The translations under genes and the position numbers were made by a program. Below the pieces are notes generated by a model, which saw only the letters and a program-made list of their open reading frames with translations, ran no database searches and was not told where the DNA came from. From Candidatus Latescibacterota bacterium (GTDB lineage: Bacteria; Latescibacterota; UBA2968; UBA8231), in assembly GCA_965261395.1 (NCBI GenBank), contig OZ253462.1:3584001-3648000 (forward strand): 64,000 nt of DNA, read 5' to 3'. Every line of letters begins with the position of its first letter. Position 1 is the first letter of the stretch. Positions 56,631 through 64,000 of this stretch are shown in pieces.

Positions 56631-58451
56631 ATGATGACTTTGTTGCGCCAAAAGACGGTGTTCGTTCTGTGGTTTGTGATATTCGCCTTCATCGGCTTGA
56701 TCGTCGTCGAATGGGGAGCCGACTACTCGGGTCCGAGCACCAACAGTGCCGGCGATGCGGTCGGCGTGATCAATGGCGAGACCATTTCGCTCCAGCAATT
56801 CCAAGACGCGCTGCGGCGGATAGCGCGCCAAGTGCCGCAAGAGCAGCGCGCCGATCAGGCCCTGCTGGTGAGCCAGGTGTGGGACTACTACGTCCGCGAG
56901 ATCATCCTGACCCAAGAGTACGAGCGCTTGGGCTTTGAGGTGACCGACGGGGAAATCGCCTTTTACACGCGGAACAAGCCCCCGCAGGCCGTGCGCGAAT
57001 TCGAGGTTTTTCAGACCGACGGTGCGTTCGACATGGACAAGTACGTCCAGTTCATCGGCAATCCGGCCAATCTCAGCGATCCCAACAACCAAGCCATAGT
57101 CCTGTGGATCGAGAGCACGATTGAGCGGCAATTGCTCGATTACAGGTTGCAGAGGATGTTGCGGGGTACCGCGCAGGTGAGTCCTAACGAGGCGCGCCAG
57201 TACTTTGCCGAGGCCAACGAAAAGGTGCGCCTCGAATACGCATTTGCCCCCAGCGACGCTGCGGATAGTGAGATCGAGGTCGCCGCCGAAGATTTGGCTG
57301 CCTACTACCAAGAGCACGTGGCCGACTACGAACATCCCGATCAGGTAAAGCTGGAGTACGTGCGCTTTCCCAAGGAGCCCAGCGCGGCGGATTCGCTGGA
57401 GACCAAAGAGGAGATCGAGCGCCTGCGCCAAGAGATCGAGGCCGGTAAGGATTTCGCCGAGTTGGCTGGGGTGATTTCCGACGACGAAGGCTCAGCCGCC
57501 CGAGGCGGCGACCTCGGTTTTTTTGCTCGCGGCCGGATGGTCGCGCCCTTTGAGGAAGCGGCGTTCGCCTTGGCACCCGGCGAGCTCTCCGGGCCGGTGC
57601 AGACGCTCTATGGTTGGCATCTGATCAAGGTGGAAGAACGCTTGGAGGAAAGCGGCGAGGAGCAGGTGCACGCCCGCCACATCCTACTCAGATACCAGCC
57701 CTCGCGCACGACTGAAGATAGCCTGCGCAGCTGGGCTGAGGCGTTTCAAGAGCAGGCCGCGGCCGAGGGATTTGCCGCCGCGCTCGCGGTCTCTGGCACC
57801 GAGGCGACGCCCACGAATTTCCTGCGCAAGAGCCAAGCCGTGCCGGGCATTAGCGCGAACACCACTTGGCTCGTCAACTGGTTTTTTGAACAGGAGCCTG
57901 GGGCCGTCAGCCAAGTGATCGAGGACGATCTGGGGCTGTGGGTGGCGCATCTAGTGGCCAAACGCCCTGAGGGCACAGTGCCCCTGGACGAGCTAAGGGA
58001 TCAGCTTGAGCCGTTGGTGCGCACGCGCAAAGAAGCCGCCCGCGCCGCCGCCCAGCTAGAGGCCGTGCGACGGGAGGTAGAAGCCGGGACCACCTTGGCG
58101 CAGGTAGCCCAAAATGCCGGGCTAGAGTTGCACACTCCCGAGGCTTTTGCGCGCACCGAATCGGTGGAGGGCCTAGGCCGCGCTAACGCGGTGATCGGCG
58201 CGGCCTTCCGCTTGCAAGAGGGCCAGCTCAGCGAAGTGATTGAGGTTGCCGAAGGCGGCAAGCGAGGGGCTTACTTGCTGAAGCTGCTGGAGAAGACGCC
58301 GGTAGATGAGGAGCAATTCGCCGCGCAGCGCGAGCAGGTCGTCGCTCAGCTACAAGCACAGCGCGAGCAGGAGGCCGTGCAGAATTGGTTCGCGCACTTG
58401 TACGAGACGGCCGAGATCGAGGACAACAGACATCGCTTTTTCACGTTTTAG
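56631..58451 (+). CDS. PpiD/SurA-like parvulin peptidyl-prolyl isomerase
   Basis: N-terminal TM helix, SurA-N region, FAELA...[19 protein letters not shown]. Confidence 0.9.
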   Translation: MMTLLRQKTVFVLWFVIFAFIGLIVVEWGADYSGPSTNSAGDAVGVINGETISLQQFQDALRRIARQVPQEQRADQALLVSQVWDYYVREIILTQEYERLGFEVTDGEIAFYTRNKPPQAVREFEVFQTDGAFDMDKYVQFIGNPANLSDPNNQAIVLWIESTIERQLLDYRLQRMLRGTAQVSPNEARQYFAEANEKVRLEYAFAPSDAADSEIEVAAEDLAAYYQEHVADYEHPDQVKLEYVRFPKEPSAADSLETKEEIERLRQEIEAGKDFAELAGVISDDEGSAARGGDLGFFARGRMVAPFEEAAFALAPGELSGPVQTLYGWHLIKVEERLEESGEEQVHARHILLRYQPSRTTEDSLRSWAEAFQEQAAAEGFAAALAVSGTEATPTNFLRKSQAVPGISANTTWLVNWFFEQEPGAVSQVIEDDLGLWVAHLVAKRPEGTVPLDELRDQLEPLVRTRKEAARAAAQLEAVRREVEAGTTLAQVAQNAGLELHTPEAFARTESVEGLGRANAVIGAAFRLQEGQLSEVIEVAEGGKRGAYLLKLLEKTPVDEEQFAAQREQVVAQLQAQREQEAVQNWFAHLYETAEIEDNRHRFFTF

Positions 58452-58465
58452 ATCGGAGAGGAATC

Positions 58466-59377
58466 ATGTCAGCAGCACCGGGGCAAACGCAAATCGGCTT
58501 TATCGGCTTGGGTATCATGGGCGCGCCCATGGCCAAAAACTTGCTCAAAGCCGGTTATCAACTCAACGTGTACAACCGCAGCGACCGGCCGCGCGTTGAC
58601 GAGGTCGTCGCGGCCGGCGGTGTGCGCGTCAGCTCGCCCAAAGAGGCGGCGACGGGTGCGGACGTCATCATCAGCATCGTCACGGACACGCCCGATATGG
58701 AGGCCGTACTCGTGGGAGAGGAGGGCGCGATCCACGGAGCCAAAGCGGGCGCGGTCGTCATCGATATGAGCACGGTTTCGCCCAAAGTCACCCGCGAAGT
58801 GGCTGCCGCCTTGCAGGAACGGGGCGTGGCCATGCTCGACGCGCCCGTCAGCGGCGGGGATGTGGGCGCGATCAACGGCACCCTGTCGATCATGGTCGGC
58901 GGCGACGAGGCCGTCTTTAATCAGTGCCTACCGGTCTTTGAGGCGATGGGCACCAACATCAACCTGATCGGCTCCAACGGCGCGGGTCAGACTACCAAGC
59001 TCTGCAACCAGATCGCGGTTTCGGTCAACAATATGGCTATGGCCGAGGCTCTGATGCTGGCGGCCGCGGCGGACCTCGATGTGCAGAAGGTCATTGACGC
59101 CATCAGCGGTGGGGCGGCTGGCTCTTGGCAGTTGAGCAACTTAGGCCCGCGCATTGCCGCTGGCGATTTTGATCCGGGCTTTATGGTCTATTTGCAGCAA
59201 AAGGACCTGCGGTTGGTCTTGCAGGCAGCCAACGATGTCAAGCTGGCCTTGCCGGCCGTGAGCATCGCGCACCAGTTCTTCAACATCGTCGAGCGCGCTG
59301 GTTGCTCCGAAGAGGGAACCCAGGCGCTAATCAAGGCCTATGAGGCCCAAGCCGGCAAAGAGGCGAGGGCCAAGTAG
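58466..59377 (+). CDS. beta-hydroxyacid dehydrogenase (GarR/MmsB family)
   Basis: IGFIGLGIMGAPMA, DAPVSGG, KLCNQ, KDL. Confidence 0.9.
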   Translation: MSAAPGQTQIGFIGLGIMGAPMAKNLLKAGYQLNVYNRSDRPRVDEVVAAGGVRVSSPKEAATGADVIISIVTDTPDMEAVLVGEEGAIHGAKAGAVVIDMSTVSPKVTREVAAALQERGVAMLDAPVSGGDVGAINGTLSIMVGGDEAVFNQCLPVFEAMGTNINLIGSNGAGQTTKLCNQIAVSVNNMAMAEALMLAAAADLDVQKVIDAISGGAAGSWQLSNLGPRIAAGDFDPGFMVYLQQKDLRLVLQAANDVKLALPAVSIAHQFFNIVERAGCSEEGTQALIKAYEAQAGKEARAK

Positions 59378-59396
59378 CTCTCCGGGGTTGGCGTCG

Positions 59397-60188
59397 GTGC
59401 CACTCGAACTAAAAAAGGTCGGGGTCCTGCTGCGCGACCAGGATTTGGACTATCCGGTCGCCGAGGTGCGCGACCTTTTTGCCGCGCATGGGATTGTAGT
59501 GCGCTTTATCGAGGAAGATGAGCGCCCGGACGACCTAGACTTGGTCATTGCGCTCGGCGGCGATGGTACGGTGCTCCGCGCCTTTGCGCGTTTCCCACAG
59601 CGGCCGGTGCTGGCGATCAACTTTGGCACCGTCGGCTTTTTGACCGCTGGGGACCGCAAGGACTTGGCGCGCATCGTCCAGCTCTTAGTCGATGGCCAGT
59701 ACTTCGTCAGCGAGCGCTTGGTGCTTTCTTGCCGCTATCCCGGCGGCGAGAGTCTGGTCTTTAACGAGGTGACCCTGCGGGCGCACCACAAGATGCTCTC
59801 TACGGATGTCTTTGTTGACGACGCCAAAATCCGCACCATTCGCGGCGACGGCGTGGTCGTCGGCACGCCGACGGGTAGCACCGGGCTGTTGCTGTCGATG
59901 GGTGCGCCGCTGGTCATGCCCGAAGTGCGCTGCATGTTGCTCGACGGCATCAACGAATACAACTTCACATCGCGGACCTTGATTCTGCCGGCCGAGAAAC
60001 GGGTGCGGCTGAGCGTCAGATCCGAGACCTTGGACAGTCACGTGGCGCTCATTGTCGATGGCCGCGAGATATGCAGTTTAGCCCCCGAACAAGAGGTGTA
60101 CGTCGGCCAAGCCGCACATACGGCGCGGCTGATATACCTCGACGACAATTACTTTTTTCACAACTTGTCTGAGAAGCTTTCTTGGTAG
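59397..60188 (+). CDS. nadK: NAD(+) kinase
   Basis: GGDGT, NE, DGVVVGTPTGST, VDG, KLSW; start uncertain. Confidence 0.85.
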   Translation: MPLELKKVGVLLRDQDLDYPVAEVRDLFAAHGIVVRFIEEDERPDDLDLVIALGGDGTVLRAFARFPQRPVLAINFGTVGFLTAGDRKDLARIVQLLVDGQYFVSERLVLSCRYPGGESLVFNEVTLRAHHKMLSTDVFVDDAKIRTIRGDGVVVGTPTGSTGLLLSMGAPLVMPEVRCMLLDGINEYNFTSRTLILPAEKRVRLSVRSETLDSHVALIVDGREICSLAPEQEVYVGQAAHTARLIYLDDNYFFHNLSEKLSW

Positions 60189-60266
60189 GGTTGTATCTGT
60201 ACATTGGCGGACAATCGAGTCGAATTTAGTATCAATTTTAAGTAACAACGGCATGGAGGAGAAAAG

Positions 60267-61037
60267 TTGACCTATATCGATTCTGACCAGCACGAAGCTA
60301 AGGAAACTGGGACAAAGGCGTGGGACCGGATCATGGCGTCGTCGTTGGCGCTTCCCGGAACGAAAGTTGACCGCAACAGCTTTCTTTATTCTCAACTCCA
60401 TAATTATTGCGATGAGACACAGACTAAGGAGGCAATTGAAGACAGGCCCGCTAACGCTGGAATACCATCTAAGCTGATTGATAGGTTGGCTGATGCCTGC
60501 ATTAAGTCGCATGTGCGTAAAGCTGCTGCGATTTCATTTGGGACTGGCTTGCCGGGTGGTTGGGCGATGGCGGTCACAATTCCCGCCGACCTAGTTCAAT
60601 TCTATTGGCACGCAATCGTCTTATCCCAGAAGTTAGCGTACTTATATGGCTGGCCAGATTTACTGAAGGAAGACGAGGCTGACGAAGAGACCAAGGCGAA
60701 GATTACACTGCTCATCGGAGTGATGATGGGTGCTCAGGTGGCTAACAAAGTAATAAGCGAGGTGGCTGAGCGATTTGCTAGCGAAATTGCGCGACGTCTT
60801 CCGAGGCAGGCGCTCACTAGGACTGCGTACTACCCGCTAATCAAACAGATTAGCAAATGGATTGGAATTAACGTCACCAAGAACACCTTTGCGCGTAGTG
60901 TGTCAAAATTCGTGCCAATTGTTGGCGGACTTGTTTCCGCCGGCGTGACTGCGGCAATGATGAAACCTATGGCCAAGCGACTGAAGAATCACCTAAGAGA
61001 GTTGAGATTAGCACATCCTGATGGTCATGACGGGTGA
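60267..61037 (+). CDS. EcsC-family protein
   Basis: LPGTKVDR, GLPGG.AM..TIPADL.Q, QKLAYLYGWP, KFVPIVGG; SD GGAGG before TTG. Confidence 0.75.
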   Translation: MTYIDSDQHEAKETGTKAWDRIMASSLALPGTKVDRNSFLYSQLHNYCDETQTKEAIEDRPANAGIPSKLIDRLADACIKSHVRKAAAISFGTGLPGGWAMAVTIPADLVQFYWHAIVLSQKLAYLYGWPDLLKEDEADEETKAKITLLIGVMMGAQVANKVISEVAERFASEIARRLPRQALTRTAYYPLIKQISKWIGINVTKNTFARSVSKFVPIVGGLVSAGVTAAMMKPMAKRLKNHLRELRLAHPDGHDG

Positions 61038-61110
61038 GACAGGTGGTTACACCTCGTCGGTAAAGTCTGACTGAGGCCAGATTTTGGACGTTGACAGGAG
61101 GCAAAAATCC

Positions 61111-62334
61111 ATGGAAAGCAAGATTAAGCAAGTTGACAAGCAAGCTAATAGTAACGGACAAGCGACAAATCCGCGCATTATCATCGACGCTAGCTACATT
61201 CGCGGCATGAAAAAGGACGGTGCGCCGCTTCGCGCCATAAGTGAACAAGGTGGTCGCATAGTTATAACCGATACTTTAGTTTACGAGCTTTACAGAACAC
61301 CCAATCGCAAGCAATGGCTCACAGCAAAGCACAAGCTTGCGAGATTTCGGGATGCTATCGAGGCGTGGGAACATGTACCCGTGATGTGCAATAGGGAACT
61401 TAAAGAGAACCGTCCATACGGCGATCCTTTCCATCGTGAAAGAACTGAACGTCTGCGGGAAATGTTAGCAAATGATTCGCAGTCTGACCATAGTACTTCA
61501 CTTCTAGAACGAGAAGATCTTGCTATACCTGAACTATTTCAAAACTTCGCAGAGCTTGATAAGGATATTGGTGAGGAGATAACGGAAAAGATCAAAGATA
61601 AAGCATCCCATGATAACGAGGTAGTGAAAACTTGTTACGCCTTAGTCAACGATCCAGATAATATTCGGTCGATGATAAAGGTAATTATGTTCGTGATGAA
61701 GGGTGATATAAATGTCTTACTAAATCCCAACGATGTAGATAAAACTTGGGCTATATGGCACTTTTCCAAATCACTCCTTACTGTGTTCTGCGACTGCCTA
61801 CGTCAAGGTGAGCATGCGTTTAGGGAAATATCTGAGAAACGTAAGGAACGTTTGAACAATATAATACATGACTTAGACTACTTGATTTTATTGGCATTCG
61901 CAGATGCGATTGCATCTCGCGAAACAAAAGGGGAGCTATTTTACTATAGGCGCTGGATGTTTGGCGATGCCTCAAAACCGTTAATAAGCTATTATGAAAA
62001 CGAAAGAATCAGTCTTTTTGTACAAAAACTCAGACAGATGTCCAAAATCATCACGATTTGCGTAGTCGAACAATTAGATGGCTATACATGCTCTCTCGAT
62101 CCTTGGAGCAAAATATCACCAAAAATACAGAATTCGGAAGAGTTACCTGCGAGCGTGTTTATATCACGTGGTACAAAAGGACATTTTGAGTTATTTCATG
62201 GCTCAACATGGGAACACATTACAGAGATCCTAACGGGCTGTTCGGCATCAGAGCTTTGGGCTTCTGGTGAGGTCGTGTTTGTAGATCCAAGGACGAAGGA
62301 AATATTATTTACACCTTCTACACAACATGTCTAA
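61111..62334 (+). CDS. Hypothetical protein, PIN-like N-terminus plus distinct C-terminal ~100-aa region
   Basis: IIIDASYI, IVITDTLVYEL, N..HD.DY, IASRE; AT-richer codons; SD AGGAGG. Confidence 0.65.
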   Translation: MESKIKQVDKQANSNGQATNPRIIIDASYIRGMKKDGAPLRAISEQGGRIVITDTLVYELYRTPNRKQWLTAKHKLARFRDAIEAWEHVPVMCNRELKENRPYGDPFHRERTERLREMLANDSQSDHSTSLLEREDLAIPELFQNFAELDKDIGEEITEKIKDKASHDNEVVKTCYALVNDPDNIRSMIKVIMFVMKGDINVLLNPNDVDKTWAIWHFSKSLLTVFCDCLRQGEHAFREISEKRKERLNNIIHDLDYLILLAFADAIASRETKGELFYYRRWMFGDASKPLISYYENERISLFVQKLRQMSKIITICVVEQLDGYTCSLDPWSKISPKIQNSEELPASVFISRGTKGHFELFHGSTWEHITEILTGCSASELWASGEVVFVDPRTKEILFTPSTQHV

Positions 62335-62812
62335 AAAAGATCTGTACACTGGTAGGGCTGGTCATCTAGCAGTTATGGCGGAGCTTCTTATTCGAGGATG
62401 GAATACAGCCATTCCAGAAGTAGATGTGGGTGACGATATTTTCGTCGTCCACGATAGCGATGGGAACCTGCACCGAGTGCAGGTGAAGACGACGGCTACA
62501 GCGAAACCACTGAAGAACGGACGTGGATATACCTCACAATTTAAGGTTCCACTCTTACAGCTTGAGACGCCAAAATCCCCAGATATAACATATATTTTTG
62601 CTGTTCGGATCTACGATAATTGGGATGCTTTTGTCGTAATTGATAGGGAGAGTCTGTATCGTGAGCACCAGGAGCATGGCATCGGGAGTAAAGACAAGAA
62701 CAGTCTTGTATTGCGACTGCGATTCGAGGGAACGAGAATTATTTGTAGTCGGCACGACTTGTCGCAATACAGAAACGACTGGGATACGCTCTTCCCTGTT
62801 ATAGAGCATTGA
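62327..62812 (+). CDS. PD-(D/E)XK superfamily nuclease
   Basis: G.AG.LAVMAELL.RGWNTAIPEVDVGDD...RVQVKT; overlaps upstream gene by 8 nt. Confidence 0.75.
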   Translation: MSKKDLYTGRAGHLAVMAELLIRGWNTAIPEVDVGDDIFVVHDSDGNLHRVQVKTTATAKPLKNGRGYTSQFKVPLLQLETPKSPDITYIFAVRIYDNWDAFVVIDRESLYREHQEHGIGSKDKNSLVLRLRFEGTRIICSRHDLSQYRNDWDTLFPVIEH

Positions 62813-62847
62813 TAGCACCTCGTAACAGAGTGTGCTGTACGAAAAAT

Positions 62848-62900
62848 TTTCTTGGTAGAGGAGATGCTATACACGTGGTGGTAATCGGTGCAGATCGACC
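62848..62900 (+). repeat. Degenerate copy of RBS + 5' end of the 63307 gene
   Basis: TTTCTTGGTAGAGGAGAT identical to 63286-63303; IHVVVIGADRP vs MRVAVIGADRP (ATG>ATA). Confidence 0.8.
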
Positions 62901-62933
62901 TGAAGGTCGCATGGCAAAAGGAGCAGGCGAAAC

Positions 62934-63266
62934 GTGGCAACAGTCAAAATTAGAATACAAACGCAAAATGGGGAACGAGCACCCATTGTGCCCGTCGTCT
63001 TTCCAAACATCAAAGATGTCGTCGTGTTTGCGAAAAGACTCCATGGCAAAGGACAGCTATGGGTCGGTGAGGCATTTGGCTGGCCGGCAGAATACAATCC
63101 CGAAAAGTCTGATCCGCCACTGGACTCAAAAATGACCTTTACTCCCGCGGATTTCTGCATTGGTGAGAGTGGCATTTGGTTTTATTCCCTTATGTGGGAA
63201 AATGGTAAAGCAGAAGAGCCTGTTGCTTTTTTGGATGATAGAAATATCACTGAAATGGTGTCATGA
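62934..63266 (+). CDS. Hypothetical 110-aa protein
   Basis: GTG start after SD AAAGGAG; fills the gap between the repeat copies. Confidence 0.65.
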   Translation: MATVKIRIQTQNGERAPIVPVVFPNIKDVVVFAKRLHGKGQLWVGEAFGWPAEYNPEKSDPPLDSKMTFTPADFCIGESGIWFYSLMWENGKAEEPVAFLDDRNITEMVS

Positions 63267-63306
63267 TTCTGAACAGCACGATGACTTTCTTGGTAGAGGA
63301 GATACT

Positions 63307-63906
63307 ATGCGCGTAGCGGTAATCGGCGCGGACCGCCCTTGGGGAGCGCTGCTAGCGGCTGGGTTGGGCGCGGGGTTTGAGGTGGTGGCGCTCGGAGCAG
63401 AAGACACCAGTGACCTAGCTGGCTATCGGCAGGTCGATTTGCTCCAGCGCGAGGCATTAGACCCGGCGCTGGCAGGTGTGGAGGCCATCGTCCACGCGGC
63501 GGGCGGCGATTCGGGCGGAGACGACGAAGGGGCCGTGCTCGACACTGCGGCGCGGGGTACCTACGTGGCGCTGACGGCGGCCTGTGCCGTTGGCATTAAA
63601 AAAGTGGTGCTGCTGAGTTGTCTCGATTTGGTGCGCGACTATCCGGAAGAATATCTAGTTGATCCGCAGTGGAATGCCTTACCTCGGGCCGAGGCTGGGT
63701 CGCTGGCACTGCTTATGGCCGAATTAGTCGGCCGCGAAATCGCCCGCACCGGCCAGATTGAGGTGCGCTGTCTGCGCCTCGGCGAATTGGATGCGGAGAC
63801 CACGGCTGACGACGTCGTAGCGGCCGTGCGCCAAGCCCTTGCTGCCGAGCGCGAAGGGCACCACTGGTCATTGACACACGTGGCGTCGAGCGGACGCTTC
63901 GCCTGA
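63307..63906 (+). CDS. NAD-dependent epimerase/dehydratase-like protein
   Basis: MRVAVIGAD, DL...EAL..ALAGVEAIVH.A, KKVVLLS, CLRLG; SD GAGGAG. Confidence 0.75.
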   Translation: MRVAVIGADRPWGALLAAGLGAGFEVVALGAEDTSDLAGYRQVDLLQREALDPALAGVEAIVHAAGGDSGGDDEGAVLDTAARGTYVALTAACAVGIKKVVLLSCLDLVRDYPEEYLVDPQWNALPRAEAGSLALLMAELVGREIARTGQIEVRCLRLGELDAETTADDVVAAVRQALAAEREGHHWSLTHVASSGRFA

Positions 63907-63915
63907 AGGGGTATT

Positions 63916-64000
63916 ATGGCAACGGTGAATGAAGGCAAGGTGGTGTTGTTTGGGGCGGGTGGTCCGGTCGGCGCATCGGCGATCTCCGCGCTCAAAGACC
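63916..64000 (+). CDS. Rossmann-fold oxidoreductase/epimerase (partial)
   Basis: MATVNEGKVVLFGAGGPVG; runs off window end. Confidence 0.65.
   Translation, partial: MATVNEGKVVLFGAGGPVGASAISALKD

Overview
GC-rich bacterial chromosome segment. By inference it belongs to an FCB-related lineage such as Latescibacterota/Gemmatimonadota and may be host-associated (PorV-like gene, several secreted proteins with a FlgD-Ig/CTD-like tail, PhyH paralogs, eukaryote-like LRR protein). Housekeeping blocks are gatA-tatA-pssA-htrA-truA-ecfT, xerD-uvrC and ndk-yceD-rpmF-fab-rnc-opp-ppiD-nadK. Accessory regions sit between them: (i) three tandem secreted lamin-tail-domain proteins with 3, 5 and 8 modules; (ii) a ~6.4 kb toxin-antitoxin hotspot between uvrC and rlmI, bracketed by a 55-bp imperfect direct repeat; (iii) a catabolic cluster with three unusual 20-bp-spacer promoter-like motifs; (iv) a ~23-repeat LRR gene broken by a single nonsense change; (v) a lower-GC EcsC / PIN-like / PD-(D/E)XK island. 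The hotspot holds a 4457-bp IS1-family cargo transposon (21-bp TIRs, 8-bp TSD) that landed in a vapC start and carries a nested IS903-type IS5. The best candidate for an undescribed system lies inside that transposon. It has two paralogous cassettes, each with a sense promoter, a three-hairpin leader, a near-identical 73-aa ORF containing an antisense sigma70 promoter, and a different ~62-aa partner ORF. This is a SymE/SymR- or P22 ant/sar-like antisense-RNA architecture, with structure conserved but sequence diverged. No CRISPR array, tRNA or rRNA was seen. All alignments and counts were done by eye.
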